Shown: positions 54,586-64,000, numbered from the stretch's first letter. The stretch: DNA of 64,000 bases from Terriglobales bacterium (GCA_050745985.1 JBOGLG010000046.1:29398-93397), one strand, 5' to 3'. Made by a program: numbers and translations. The notes: generated by a model not told the origin, from the letters alone.

Positions 54586-55020
54586 ATGGCCGAACGAACG
54601 TTTACTTTCGACGAAGCAAGAACACTATTACCCGTCCTCGAATCACTGTTACGCGCCGCGATTGAGGGCAAAAAGCTTATCGAATCTGTGGACGCCGAGC
54701 TTCAGGAGCTTGCGCACCGCGTGTTCCTGCAAGGCGGCCTACAGGTGAATGTGGTCCACATGGCGCGCCGCAAGGCTGAACGCGAGAAGGCGATTCAGCG
54801 CGTCAAGGACGCTTTGGCCGAGATCGACGCCGCCGGGGTGCAGGTCAAGGATCTCGACATCGGATTGCTTGATTTCCCCTGCGAAGTGGACGGCCGGATC
54901 GTCCTTTTGTGCTGGAAGCTGGGGGAGAATGGAATCACCCACTGGCACGGGGTCAGCGAAGGCTTCGCCGGGCGCAAGCCCATCGACGAGCGCATCCTGA
55001 AAGCGAAAAGAACCAACTAA
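54586..55020 (+). CDS. DUF2203-family protein
   Basis: From the internal ATG: MAERTFTFDEARTLLPVLESLL...VKDLDIGLLDFPCEVDGRIVLLCWKLGE..ITHWH, matching my recollection of DUF2203. Confidence 0.75.
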   Translation: MAERTFTFDEARTLLPVLESLLRAAIEGKKLIESVDAELQELAHRVFLQGGLQVNVVHMARRKAEREKAIQRVKDALAEIDAAGVQVKDLDIGLLDFPCEVDGRIVLLCWKLGENGITHWHGVSEGFAGRKPIDERILKAKRTN

Positions 55021-55206
55021 CCCCGCTGGAATCACCTATCCAGACTGTGCAAGTTCTCCTTCCCACTGCGTTCTATCCAGAAGTGGACATTGTTCCCGAT
55101 TTGGTAACCGAAGTACCTGTGGCTGGGTTGACCTGCGTTTTTCTCTGCTACAATTTTCTTCTGGCGCGGGCGCGCAAGAAACGATACAGGGCCGAGGTTG
55201 TTTAAA

Positions 55207-55851
55207 ATGTTGAGTGGCAAGAAGAAAATCGAGATTCTAGCTGCGTCTGCGACCCTGCTCCTGTTCGCTGTTGGCGTGGGCTGCCACGGGTTCTTCGTTG
55301 ATCCTGTGCTGACTTCCGTGACGGTCGGCCCTACCGCCACCATCAATCAAGGAGGCACTGTTCAAGAGAGTGCCGTGGGTACCTACAATGACGGCTCAAG
55401 CAGCAGCCTGAGCAATGTGCAGTGGAGTAGCGATACGCCGGACGTCGCCAGTGTCGTTGCGAGCGGTCTGGTAACGGGTGTATCGCCGGGAACAGCGACG
55501 ATTACCGGCTCTTCGGGCACGGTAAGTGGAACCGCTACCATTACCGTATCGCTCTCCAATGTAACCGGACTGACTATTACCCCGACGACGGCGAACATCA
55601 AGGCTAACGGCGGCACCGCCAATTTTACCGCCAAGGCGACAATTGCGGGTGGGCAACCGGTGGATGTGACCGCGACCGCCACCTGGACCGCCAGCGACAC
55701 CGCCAACACCACATTGACACAAGGGCTTGACCCCGAGACCGTCACAGTTAATGCAGCGCCCGTCGGCGAAAGGATCACTTTAACGGCGAGCTATCTTAGC
55801 GGTAGCGGGGTTACCTACGTCGCAAACGCCACCATCACGGTCACGCAATAG
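55207..55851 (+). CDS. lipoprotein with bacterial Ig-like (Big_2) domains
   Basis: ATG at 55207 is preceded by GAGG. Lipobox FAVGVGC. Big_2-type repeats (WSSDTPDVASVVASGLVTGVSPGTATITG...). Confidence 0.8.
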   Translation: MLSGKKKIEILAASATLLLFAVGVGCHGFFVDPVLTSVTVGPTATINQGGTVQESAVGTYNDGSSSSLSNVQWSSDTPDVASVVASGLVTGVSPGTATITGSSGTVSGTATITVSLSNVTGLTITPTTANIKANGGTANFTAKATIAGGQPVDVTATATWTASDTANTTLTQGLDPETVTVNAAPVGERITLTASYLSGSGVTYVANATITVTQ

Positions 55852-55859
55852 CTACACTC

Positions 55860-56924
55860 ATGGCTGAGATTCGCTGTATCGGCATTTGCACCGGAGGCGG
55901 CGATGCTCCCGGCCTCAATGCCGTGATTCGCGCCGCCGTCAAAGCCGCCATCCTCAAATACAAGTGGAAAGTCATCGGCATCCCCGATGGCTTTGATGGC
56001 CTCATCTGGCCGGAGAAATCGCGCGAACTCGCGCTCAACGATGTGAGCGATATCCTGCCGCGTGGCGGCACCATCCTGGGCACTACCAACCGCGGCAATC
56101 CTTTCCATTACAGAATTGTGGAGAACGGGATTGAGGTAACGCGGGACATCTCTGAGTCGGTAATTGCCAACGCGCGCAAGCTCGGCATCGACGCCGTGAT
56201 CAGCATCGGCGGCGATGGCTCGCAGAAGATCGCTCAGGAGCTTTTCGAAAAGGGTGTGAAGATCGTGGGCGTGCCCAAGACCATCGACAACGATCTCTGC
56301 GCCACCGAGGTGACATTCGGGTTCGACACTGCCCTGAACACGGCCACCGACGCAGTGGACAAGATCCACACCACCGCCGAGGCACACCATCGCATTATGG
56401 TGGTGGAGGTTATGGGCCGGGATGCGGGTTGGATCGCGATTGAAGCCGGCATCGCCGGGGGCGCTCACGTCATCCTGATTCCCGAGATTCCATTTTCCGT
56501 GCCCAAAATCTGTGAACATGTCGCACTGCGGGAAAGCTATGGCAAGCGTTTTACCATCATCGTCCTCGCCGAGGGTATCAAGCTGCCCCAGGAGTGGGCG
56601 GAAAAGCGCCGCACCGGATCGGTCGGCCCCCGGATCGGCGACGCGGTGGCGGCCAGCACCGGCAAGGAAGTCAGGGTCAGTGTTCTGGGACACATCCAGC
56701 GCGGCGGCTCGCCCACGCCCTTTGACCGCATCCTGGCAACACGGTTCGGCGTCGCTGCCGTTGACCTGATCGCCAAGGGAGGCTTCGGAAAAATGGTCTG
56801 CCTGCGCAACGAGCGTATTGGGTGCGTGGACATCGCCGACGCTGTAGGCCAATTGAAGACTGTCGACCCTGACGGAGAATTGGTTTCTACCGCGCGCGCC
56901 ATCGGGATTTGTTTTGGGGACTGA
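55860..56924 (+). CDS. pfkA: ATP-dependent 6-phosphofructokinase
   Basis: GGDAPGLNA, IGGDGS (the Gly-type motif of ATP-dependent enzymes), PKTIDNDL, MGRDAGW. Confidence 0.92.
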   Translation: MAEIRCIGICTGGGDAPGLNAVIRAAVKAAILKYKWKVIGIPDGFDGLIWPEKSRELALNDVSDILPRGGTILGTTNRGNPFHYRIVENGIEVTRDISESVIANARKLGIDAVISIGGDGSQKIAQELFEKGVKIVGVPKTIDNDLCATEVTFGFDTALNTATDAVDKIHTTAEAHHRIMVVEVMGRDAGWIAIEAGIAGGAHVILIPEIPFSVPKICEHVALRESYGKRFTIIVLAEGIKLPQEWAEKRRTGSVGPRIGDAVAASTGKEVRVSVLGHIQRGGSPTPFDRILATRFGVAAVDLIAKGGFGKMVCLRNERIGCVDIADAVGQLKTVDPDGELVSTARAIGICFGD

Positions 56925-56963
56925 CCGGGAAGACTTACCAATCCGCTAAACATCCGAGGTTCG

Positions 56964-58007
56964 GTGCTGCGCTATATTGATCTTGTGACCTCCGCAAAAA
57001 TCAGGCTGCGATCCCGCCTGTTGCTGGCGGTATGGCTGGCGTTGCCGCTTGCCGCCTGCACCCGTCATAGCAAGGCCACGGAAATGGCCTATGTTTCCGC
57101 CCCCCAGGTTGCGCTGCGCGATCGCGTCGCAGCCGTCTTCAATAAGAAGGGAACCGTTAAGAATGGGGAACACGTCCAGGTCCTGGAGCGTGAGAAGCGC
57201 TTTGCCCGGATACGCACTCAGGGCGGGGTGGAAGGCTGGATGGAGCAACGCTACCTGGTAAGTCAGCAAGTGTTCGACGGTTTTCAGAAACTGTCGCAGC
57301 AGGCGCAGAACGACCCCGTGCAGGCCACCGGGACAACCCGCAATGACACTAACATTCATCTCGACCCGGGCCGCGAAGCCGAGCACCTGTACCAACTCAA
57401 CCAGGGCGCAAAGGTGTCCGTCCTAAAACGCGCCACCGCAGAGAAGGTCCTTCCCGGCGCCCTTCCCATGCCGAAGCCCGATGGGAAGCCGCCCAACTCC
57501 CCGACTCCCATGATGGAAGACTGGTGGCTCATTCGTGATCCCGAGCAACACGTCGGTTGGGTGCTGGCGCGGCTGGTGGATATTGATGCTCCCCTCGAGG
57601 TTGCGCAATACGCGGAGGGTCAGCGCATCGTCGCATTTTTCGCACTCGACGAAGTCGTGGATGGAGACAAGAAGGTCCCGCAATACCTGGTGCTGCTCAC
57701 CGAACCCCGTGACGGCATGGACTTCGATTTCAATCAAGCGAGGGTTTACACCTGGAATGTAAAACGCCATCGCTACGAAACCGCCTATCGTGAACGCAAC
57801 CTGAACGGAGTCTTGCCGGCGACGGTCACCCAGGAGACCTTTGAAAAGGACGGCACTTTGCCGGTGTTCGTGTTGCGGGTGAAAGACGACGCTGGCAACA
57901 TCGTGGAACGAAAATACAAGCTGAATACACCCATCGTGAAGCGCATACTGGCGCCGGGCGAGGAACCGCAGAAGGCGGCGGCAAGAAAAAAGGGCCAGGG
58001 GCGATAG
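56964..58007 (+). CDS. lipoprotein with SH3b-like domains, function unknown
   Basis: Lipobox LPLAAC. SH3b-like segments (VKNGEHVQVLEREKRFARIRTQGGVEGWM; LNQGAKVSVLKR...). GTG start, uncertain. Confidence 0.7.
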   Translation: MLRYIDLVTSAKIRLRSRLLLAVWLALPLAACTRHSKATEMAYVSAPQVALRDRVAAVFNKKGTVKNGEHVQVLEREKRFARIRTQGGVEGWMEQRYLVSQQVFDGFQKLSQQAQNDPVQATGTTRNDTNIHLDPGREAEHLYQLNQGAKVSVLKRATAEKVLPGALPMPKPDGKPPNSPTPMMEDWWLIRDPEQHVGWVLARLVDIDAPLEVAQYAEGQRIVAFFALDEVVDGDKKVPQYLVLLTEPRDGMDFDFNQARVYTWNVKRHRYETAYRERNLNGVLPATVTQETFEKDGTLPVFVLRVKDDAGNIVERKYKLNTPIVKRILAPGEEPQKAAARKKGQGR

Positions 58008-58024
58008 GTGGTGGTCGTTTTTTT

Positions 58025-58405
58025 TCAGGCGTTTCGTCTGGGCAGGTCAATCTGCGGCAGCGAAGGAAGGGGCTGGCCGTTATCAAACGCTTCCAGCCAC
58101 CGGGCCAGCGATTTCAGGAGCGGGGACACTTGAATGCCGTAAAACTGCGGAGGGTGCCCGGCAAGGTTCTGCATGGCCCGCACTAACACGGACCGCATGC
58201 CTAGACGGTTTCCCGTGGAATAATGGTGCAGGGCCACTGCCACCTGAACCAGCCCTTGCCAGATTTTCTTCTCTTCGTGTGGCGCGGCCCTCCAAACATC
58301 CTCCAGCACCTCGTGAGCGTCGAAGAATTTACCCTGATTGAAGAGTGCGATGCCGCGTAGATACTCGTGTTGGTTGGCGGTCACAGCCTTGTCCTCACAA
58401 AACAA
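58025..58405 (-). CDS. DUF309-family protein
   Basis: GIALFNQGKFFDAHEVLEDVWR....K.WQGLVQVAVALHH matches the DUF309 core. The start is uncertain (TTG 58405 or GTG 58384). Confidence 0.75.
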   Translation of the reverse strand: MFCEDKAVTANQHEYLRGIALFNQGKFFDAHEVLEDVWRAAPHEEKKIWQGLVQVAVALHHYSTGNRLGMRSVLVRAMQNLAGHPPQFYGIQVSPLLKSLARWLEAFDNGQPLPSLPQIDLPRRNA

Positions 58406-58447
58406 AACCTCGCGCCGCGGCGCGAGGTTCGCAGGTCAGTTCCCCGC

Positions 58448-59176
58448 CTAGCGTCCAAAAATTCCGTAGTGGGAACTTGATGCCATAAAGAACAGCAGTG
58501 GAACCGAGAGAAAAAAGTTCGTCCGCGACGCCAGGAAGGTCTGGCGGGCCAGGGCCGCCGCATTGGCGGGTGGCGTGCCAGCCAGCGTTCCTCGAATGAT
58601 CTTCTTCTGGTTCGGCCAGATAATCCCCCATACGTTGAACAGCATGATGATACCCATACCGCCACCGACTCCAATTGCCAGCACGTGATTATCGTCCTGA
58701 CCCACCGGAGTGTAGTTCAAGAACAGGTAACTTGCCGCGATCACAACCACCGTAGTGATGAGGCCCAGAACGTACCCGCTGGGGGCTTTGGAAATCACAA
58801 AGAAGAGAATCCCCCAACTGACAATCCAGACCAACAGAAAGAATCCGACCGTGCTGCCGGCGCCCACGCCCATGCGTTGAGCGTCTCCTGCAACGTAAAT
58901 CTGGGCCCAATACCAGAAGCCTACGAAAACCGTGATCAGAGCGCTCCAGCGGAACAACTGGAGCGTCGGCATGGTCATATACTGAAAAACCTTCGGCTTC
59001 ATGCCCGCATCCACCTGCTTCATAAACGGAACATTCACCAGGTTGAAAAAATAGAGCAATCCAATCCAGGTGATGCCCGCCATGAAGTGAACCCATCGCA
59101 ACAGGAAAGCCAGGGCCTCGGTGCCGGTGTGGGTGGGCATTACCCATGACGTAGTGACCGCAATCAGATCATGCAT
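58448..59176 (-). CDS. hypothetical integral membrane protein
   Basis: 242 aa with about 6 TM helices. Conserved-looking HFMAGITWIGLLYFFNLVNVPF segment. Family not confidently recognised. Confidence 0.75.
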   Translation of the reverse strand: MHDLIAVTTSWVMPTHTGTEALAFLLRWVHFMAGITWIGLLYFFNLVNVPFMKQVDAGMKPKVFQYMTMPTLQLFRWSALITVFVGFWYWAQIYVAGDAQRMGVGAGSTVGFFLLVWIVSWGILFFVISKAPSGYVLGLITTVVVIAASYLFLNYTPVGQDDNHVLAIGVGGGMGIIMLFNVWGIIWPNQKKIIRGTLAGTPPANAAALARQTFLASRTNFFLSVPLLFFMASSSHYGIFGR

Positions 59177-59562
59177 TCTGTCCTCCGCCAGTTCGTAGCG
59201 CGTGCTTCTACCTCATGGCCAGAAAGCGCGCGGCAGTGTGCCCGCGAGGTAAGCCCGTCCGCTGGACCTGCCGTTGCGAGCTACAGGTACCTGCATTTTG
59301 TTCTAGTTGCAGTGCGGCGCTGGAATATTTGCACTTTGCTCCGCTTATGTCAACCACGGGGAATGAGGTGACGGCTTGATTACCTTGAAAAGTGGCGAGC
59401 AAGGCCGTATTGTACGGAAGATTGCTTCGAGGCACGCCGGTCCGGCACAACGGCATCTGCGGATCTCGAATTCCCCCCTGTTCCTCACGCTCAATTGGCG
59501 TGAGGGATTGATGTACCGTGGCACTTCAGAGCTCCGGTAGTCAGGGAGCTGAGGAGGTTGGC

Positions 59563-59874
59563 ATGGACAGCAAGCCGGCGCAGAACATTCAGGATTCGTT
59601 TCTCAATACTGCGCGCAAGGAACGTTTGAATATAACGATTTACTTGTTGAGCGGCGTTAAGTTGTCGGGACGCATTCGTTCCTTTGACAAATATTCCGTT
59701 GTGCTTGAAACCAACAATCAGGAGCAGCTGATCTTCAAGCACGCCATTTCCACCATCGCCATGGGCCGAGCCATGCATGGCCACAGTGACAAGCCCACGG
59801 TAATGCCATCGGCGGCCCCGGTGGAGGAGCCAGGCGCGGCGGCCGCGGCGGCCGCATCGGGCACGGAAGGATAA
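59563..59874 (+). CDS. hfq: RNA chaperone Hfq with Ala-rich C-terminal extension
   Basis: ATG at 59563 is preceded by GAGGAGG. Sm1/Sm2 core [40 protein letters not shown]...[11 protein letters not shown]. Confidence 0.93.
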   Translation: MDSKPAQNIQDSFLNTARKERLNITIYLLSGVKLSGRIRSFDKYSVVLETNNQEQLIFKHAISTIAMGRAMHGHSDKPTVMPSAAPVEEPGAAAAAAASGTEG

Positions 59875-59886
59875 GGCAGCCCTTTC

Positions 59887-61296
59887 TTGCGCAGCTCAGA
59901 AGGCAAGAGCTCTCGCCAGACTTCGGGGCTGAAGACCGTCCAGCGGTCCTCGGTCGAGCGCGCCTTTCTGATCGGGATCCAATACCGTGTTCACACGCCT
60001 CTCGCCAAGACTCGAAAGAAGTCGCTGACGAGCGAGGCCCAGGCAGCCCGCGATAATGCCGGAGGCGTCACCGCCCGCTCGAAAGCTCCCGCCATTCCCG
60101 AGTTCAGCGCCGAAGAATCGCTGGCGGAGCTGCGGACGCTGGCGCAAAGTGCGGGCGCGGAAGTGACGGGCGAATTCTTGCAGAGCCGCGACCGGCCGGA
60201 TCCGGCCACCCTCATCGGCAAAGGCAAGCTGGAGGAGATTGCGGGTGCTGCGGCCTCGGTCTTTGCTGACCTGCTGCTGTTCGATCATGACCTGACCGCC
60301 TCCCAGCAGCGCAACATAGAAAAAGTGGTGAACGTGCGGGTAATCGACCGCACCCAGCTCATTCTCGATATTTTTGCCCGCCACGCCCGGACCCGCGAAG
60401 GTCAGTTGCAGGTCGAGCTGGCCCAACTGGAGTACATGCTGCCCCGGCTGGGTGGCAAGGGCATCGAAATGTCGCAACTGGGGGGCGGCATCGGCACCCG
60501 GGGCCCCGGCGAAACCCAACTCGAAACCGACCGCCGGAAAATCTACCGGCGCATTCGCCACGTCAAAGAGCAAATCGAAAATGTGCGCCGCATCCGCGCT
60601 CAGCAAAGGCAGCGTCGCGAATCAGTTCCGGTGGCGACGGTCGCTCTGGTGGGCTATACCAACGCCGGGAAGTCCACATTGTTCAATGCCCTTACACAGG
60701 CCACGGTGCTGGAGTCTCCCAAGATGTTTGCCACTTTGGACCCTACTATTCGCGGAGTGACGTTGCCATCGAAACGCAAGGCGCTGCTCTCTGACACCGT
60801 AGGATTCATTCGCAACCTGCCGCACACGCTGGTGACGGCTTTCCGCGCAACGCTGGAAGAAGTGCAACGCGCAGCCTTGATTCTGCAAGTCTCCGACGCC
60901 AGCAGTCCGCTCTCCGCCGAACAGGATGCTCAAGTGGACCGCGTGCTAAAGGAGTTGGAAGTAGACACCAAGCCGCGCCTGCGAGTGATGAACAAGATCG
61001 ACCTGCTGCCTCCCCGCCAGCGCGATAGCTTGCGCGACGACGCAATGTCCGTTCACGTCTCCGCGGCGAAGGGCATTGGTATGAGCACGCTGATGGATCG
61101 CGTCGACCACGCGCTCTCCGAAGATGCCGTCAGCAGGATTCGTCTGCGGGTTCCACAAAAGGAAGGAAAGACGCTGGCCATGCTGGAGGCGCGTGCGCGG
61201 ATCTATTCACGAGCGTACAAAGACGGGCTGGTGGAATTGGAAGTGGGAGCGCCGGAGTCGGTAGTGAGAAAGGTGAGGGAGTGGGTGGTGTCGTAG
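59887..61296 (+). CDS. hflX: GTPase HflX
   Basis: HflX N-domain (ERAFLIGI...), G1 GYTNAGKST, G3 DTVGF, G4 NKID. The hfq-hflX order is conserved. TTG start, uncertain. Confidence 0.92.
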   Translation: MRSSEGKSSRQTSGLKTVQRSSVERAFLIGIQYRVHTPLAKTRKKSLTSEAQAARDNAGGVTARSKAPAIPEFSAEESLAELRTLAQSAGAEVTGEFLQSRDRPDPATLIGKGKLEEIAGAAASVFADLLLFDHDLTASQQRNIEKVVNVRVIDRTQLILDIFARHARTREGQLQVELAQLEYMLPRLGGKGIEMSQLGGGIGTRGPGETQLETDRRKIYRRIRHVKEQIENVRRIRAQQRQRRESVPVATVALVGYTNAGKSTLFNALTQATVLESPKMFATLDPTIRGVTLPSKRKALLSDTVGFIRNLPHTLVTAFRATLEEVQRAALILQVSDASSPLSAEQDAQVDRVLKELEVDTKPRLRVMNKIDLLPPRQRDSLRDDAMSVHVSAAKGIGMSTLMDRVDHALSEDAVSRIRLRVPQKEGKTLAMLEARARIYSRAYKDGLVELEVGAPESVVRKVREWVVS

Positions 61297-61692
61297 CCGC
61301 AGAGTGTCATTTACAAAGCTCTTGATCGGCGGATCAAGGGTTGTTGCCGGCGGCGAAGGCACAAGAAGTGCCGGTGTTGAACCCTGGGCGGCCGAACCTC
61401 AGCCGCAATTTAAATGGGCCAGCTACCAAGAAGCGGTGACATTCCTTGGCTGCCGGCCCATTCGATCCTGAATTGGATCGGAGGTGATACTTTTATGCTA
61501 GTCCCCTCAATTGAGAAGTCAAGCATTCTTTGGGCGGAAAATTGGACGCTTGACAATTGGCCGAAAGTACAGTCTGCGGGGGCGCCGCGCCGTACCTCGA
61601 CACTTCCATCCGCGTTGACACTAAGCCTTGCAGGATGTTAGGTTTAATGGTTTTCCAAGCCCTCATTAGCTCAAGATATTTCAAGATCAAAC

Positions 61693-62163
61693 ATGGACCA
61701 GACGCTGCGGCAAGTAGGGGAATTACTGCTCGGATCCGTACCCACCATCATTTTCATGGTGCTGTTGTACGGACTCTACAACCTGCTTGTGCACAAACCT
61801 CTCACAAGAGTGCTGGCTGAGCGACGCAGCAAGACCGAAGGAGCGGTCGAGAAAGCGCGCGCCGACATCGCCGCTGCTGAGGCCCGAACCGCGGAGTACG
61901 AGCAGCGCTTGCGGGAAGCTCGTCTGGCAGTTTTCAAGAGTCAAGAAGCCCGGCGGCAGCAGGCGTTACAGGCGCGGAGCGCGGTTGCGGCAGAAGCCCG
62001 CAGCAAGGCACAGGCCCAGGTGGAACAAGCGCGCGCAGCCATGGATGAAGACAAGATCGCCGCCCAGAAAACACTGCAAGCCGAAAGTAGCAGGATTGCG
62101 GCTGAGATTATTCGGACAGTGCTACGCCCTGGAAGCGCTCCGGCGGCGGGAGGCGTCCGATGA
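61693..62163 (+). CDS. F-type ATP synthase subunit b' (b-like)
   Basis: Single N-terminal TM helix (LLLGSVPTIIFMVLLYGLYNLLV), then a long charged coiled coil. Its stop overlaps the next start (ATGA at 62160-62163). Confidence 0.8.
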   Translation: MDQTLRQVGELLLGSVPTIIFMVLLYGLYNLLVHKPLTRVLAERRSKTEGAVEKARADIAAAEARTAEYEQRLREARLAVFKSQEARRQQALQARSAVAAEARSKAQAQVEQARAAMDEDKIAAQKTLQAESSRIAAEIIRTVLRPGSAPAAGGVR

Positions 62164-62882
62164 TGCGGCGGATCTTCTTAAGGTTCGTGATGGTGGCGGC
62201 GCTGCTCGCGGGTCTGGCGGCCTTCGGCCACACCCAGGAACCGGCAAAGCCTCAAGAGCCGAACCGCGGGACCGGTTCGGCGCAACAGTTGGTCAGAGAG
62301 TCCCGCGAGGCCGCGGGTGAAGATGACAACACGGAACTCAAGCATTCGGGCTCGGTCCGGGTGGTGTCAAAGCTGACCGGGCTGGATCTGGAATCCGCTT
62401 ACTGGCTGTGTGTGGCGTTGAATTTTGCGGTCATTGCCGGAGTTATTTTCTGGCTCTCCAAGAAAAATCTGCCCCATGTGTTCCGCAATCGCACCCTGTC
62501 GATTCAGAAGGCGATGGAGGAAGCTCGCCGGACGAGCGAAGAGGCTAACCGGCGGTTGGGCGAAATCGAGTTGCGGCTTTCCCGGTTGGACGTTGAAATC
62601 GGAGACATGCGGGCCTCCGCCGAAAGAGATGCGGCGGCCGAGGAGGAAAGAATCAAGGCGGCCGCGGCGGAAGATGCCCGTAAGATCATCGCTTCGGCGG
62701 AACAAGAAATCGCAGCCGCGGCAAAGTTGGCGCGGCGGGAACTGACCGCGTATGCAGCCGATCTTTCGGTCGCGCTGGCACGAAAGCAAATTCAGGTGGA
62801 CGCTGCCACCGATCAGGCGCTGGTGCGCAATTTCGCGCAGCAGATCAACTCCCGCGAAGACGGGGCGAAGGGCAAGCAATAA
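62160..62882 (+). CDS. atpF: F-type ATP synthase subunit b
   Basis: Signal/anchor plus one TM helix (YWLCVALNFAVIAGVIFWL), then an Ala/Glu/Arg-rich helix. It lies directly upstream of the delta gene. Confidence 0.85.
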   Translation: MMRRIFLRFVMVAALLAGLAAFGHTQEPAKPQEPNRGTGSAQQLVRESREAAGEDDNTELKHSGSVRVVSKLTGLDLESAYWLCVALNFAVIAGVIFWLSKKNLPHVFRNRTLSIQKAMEEARRTSEEANRRLGEIELRLSRLDVEIGDMRASAERDAAAEEERIKAAAAEDARKIIASAEQEIAAAAKLARRELTAYAADLSVALARKQIQVDAATDQALVRNFAQQINSREDGAKGKQ

Positions 62883-63419
62883 ATGGCCACAGTCATCAAC
62901 ACCTACGCTCGCGCTTTCGCCGACGTAGTGTTTGCCAGCAATCTCGACCCCGGGAGGACGCTGAAGGAAGCGCAAGATATTGCTGAACTGGTGGCCGCAA
63001 ACAAGCAACTGCGGGACGTCTGGGCAACTCCGTCGATTCCCGCTGAGCAAAAACGGGCGGTGCTGGATGCGATCGTCAAACGTGAGGGAATCTCGCGCCC
63101 GGTACGCAACTTCGTGGCCGTGCTCATGGACCATCACCGAATCGGGTTCCTGACAGCCATCGTAAAGCAGTTCGAACTGGAACTGGACGCGCGCATGGGT
63201 TTCGCCGAAGCGCAAATCACCAGCGCACGCGAGCTGAGCGAAAGTGAGCGGGCCGCGCTCGAAAGCCAGGTGCAGGCCATGGTAGGAAAAAGAGTCCGCG
63301 CGCACTATTCGCGGGATGCCTCGTTGCTCGGAGGCGCGATAGTAAGAATCGGAAGCACCATCTACAACGGCTCGGTGGAAGGACAGTTGGAAAGAATAAG
63401 AGAGGCCATCACCTCTTAA
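62883..63419 (+). CDS. atpH: F-type ATP synthase subunit delta (OSCP)
   Basis: 178 aa. YARAFADV..., C-terminal LLGGAIVRIGSTIYNGSVEGQLERI. Confidence 0.88.
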   Translation: MATVINTYARAFADVVFASNLDPGRTLKEAQDIAELVAANKQLRDVWATPSIPAEQKRAVLDAIVKREGISRPVRNFVAVLMDHHRIGFLTAIVKQFELELDARMGFAEAQITSARELSESERAALESQVQAMVGKRVRAHYSRDASLLGGAIVRIGSTIYNGSVEGQLERIREAITS

Positions 63420-63524
63420 GGCTGGCGTGAACCTTAAGCAGACGCTCAACCGCGAAGGCGGAAAAGAAATACCGCAAAGATAGCAAAGCCGAAAGCTAGG
63501 AGCCAAAAGCAAAAAGCTGACTTT

Positions 63525-64000
63525 ATGGCACAAATCAAAGCAGACGAAATCACACAGTTAATCCGCCAGCAGATCTCGAGCTACGAATCCAAGATCGCTG
63601 TCGACGAAGTGGGCACGGTGGTGACTCTGGGAGACGGCATCGCCCGCGTCTACGGCCTGGACAAGGTCATGGCCGGAGAACTGCTCGCCTTCCCGCACGA
63701 TGTGGCAGGTATCGCCATGAACCTGGAAGAAGACCAGGTGGGGGTGGTGCTGCTGGGCGACTACACCGAGATCAAGGAAGGTGACGAAGTCAAGCGCACC
63801 GGCCGCATTATGAGCGTGCCTGTCGGCGACAACATGATCGGCCGCGTGGTGAATTCGCTCGGCCAGCCCATCGACGACAAAGGCCCTATCGCCACGGATC
63901 AGTTCATCGCTTTGGAACGTCTCGCTCCCGGTGTAATCGATCGCCAGCCGGTGCGTGAGCCGATGGCCACCGGACTCAAGGCCATCGACAGCATGATTCC
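63525..64000 (+). CDS. atpA: F-type ATP synthase subunit alpha (N-terminal part, runs off window)
   Basis: My own translation from ATG 63525: [70 protein letters not shown]... It stays open to the window end. Confidence 0.95.
   Translation, partial: MAQIKADEITQLIRQQISSYESKIAVDEVGTVVTLGDGIARVYGLDKVMAGELLAFPHDVAGIAMNLEEDQVGVVLLGDYTEIKEGDEVKRTGRIMSVPVGDNMIGRVVNSLGQPIDDKGPIATDQFIALERLAPGVIDRQPVREPMATGLKAIDSMI

Noticed and set aside
55128-55154. TTGACC-N15-TACAAT considered as a sigma-70 promoter for the Big_2 lipoprotein/pfkA genes.
   Set aside because: The 15-nt spacer is shorter than optimal and promoter consensus in this lineage is not established. It is too weak to list as a feature.
58018-58025. 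T8 run between convergent genes, considered as an intrinsic terminator.
   Set aside because: The preceding sequence forms only a weak, interrupted stem (GGCCA...TGGTC with a G-U pair). This is not convincing.
61319-61345. Hairpin CTCTTGATC-ggcg-GATCAAGGG after hflX, considered as a terminator.
   Set aside because: The stem is AT-rich with a mismatch, and the trailing sequence (TTGTTG) is only weakly U-rich. The evidence is too weak to list as a terminator.

Overview
High-G+C bacterial chromosomal segment. The gene content looks like Acidobacteriota/Terriglobia: a VWFA-type secreted protein, many FG-GAP/UnbV (CRTAC1-like) proteins, and long TolC-family proteins with Gly-rich inserts. This lineage call is an inference and was not checked. 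I support about 58 protein-coding genes, mostly housekeeping or metabolic:
- cspA, truA, hfq-hflX, and the start of an F-type ATP synthase operon (b', b, delta, alpha)
- malQ, pfkA, hutH and a PpiD-like chaperone
- a split B12-dependent acyl-CoA mutase next to a leucine-catabolism-like module (carboxyltransferase, HMG-CoA lyase, enoyl-CoA hydratases, thioesterase)
- envelope genes: GtrA, CDP-alcohol phosphatidyltransferase, GT39, GT2 and two tandem TolC paralogues

I found no rRNA, tRNA, CRISPR array, intact mobile element or recognisable defence system. The only mobile-element trace is a frameshifted C-terminal remnant of an IS200-like/REP-associated tyrosine transposase at about 2862-3163.

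The best candidate for an undescribed system is an ~8 kb minus-strand operon (49622-41551). It encodes a membrane-anchored pentahaem c-type cytochrome fused to TPR repeats, followed by two FG-GAP/UnbV proteins, and is bracketed by copies of a CACAGRGG-type REP-like element.

Other points worth a second look:
- an ICM-like (not methylmalonyl-type) mutase split by an alkA-like gene
- a matrixin-like domain with all catalytic residues replaced, in a 976-aa Ig-repeat surface protein
- a small Cys-rich protein translationally coupled to a LeuA-like synthase
- a REC-PilZ / degenerate PilZ / rhodanese / GAF neighbourhood
- several unexplained intergenic palindromes

Nothing here is strong evidence for a novel system; all functional claims are motif-level readings without database searches.
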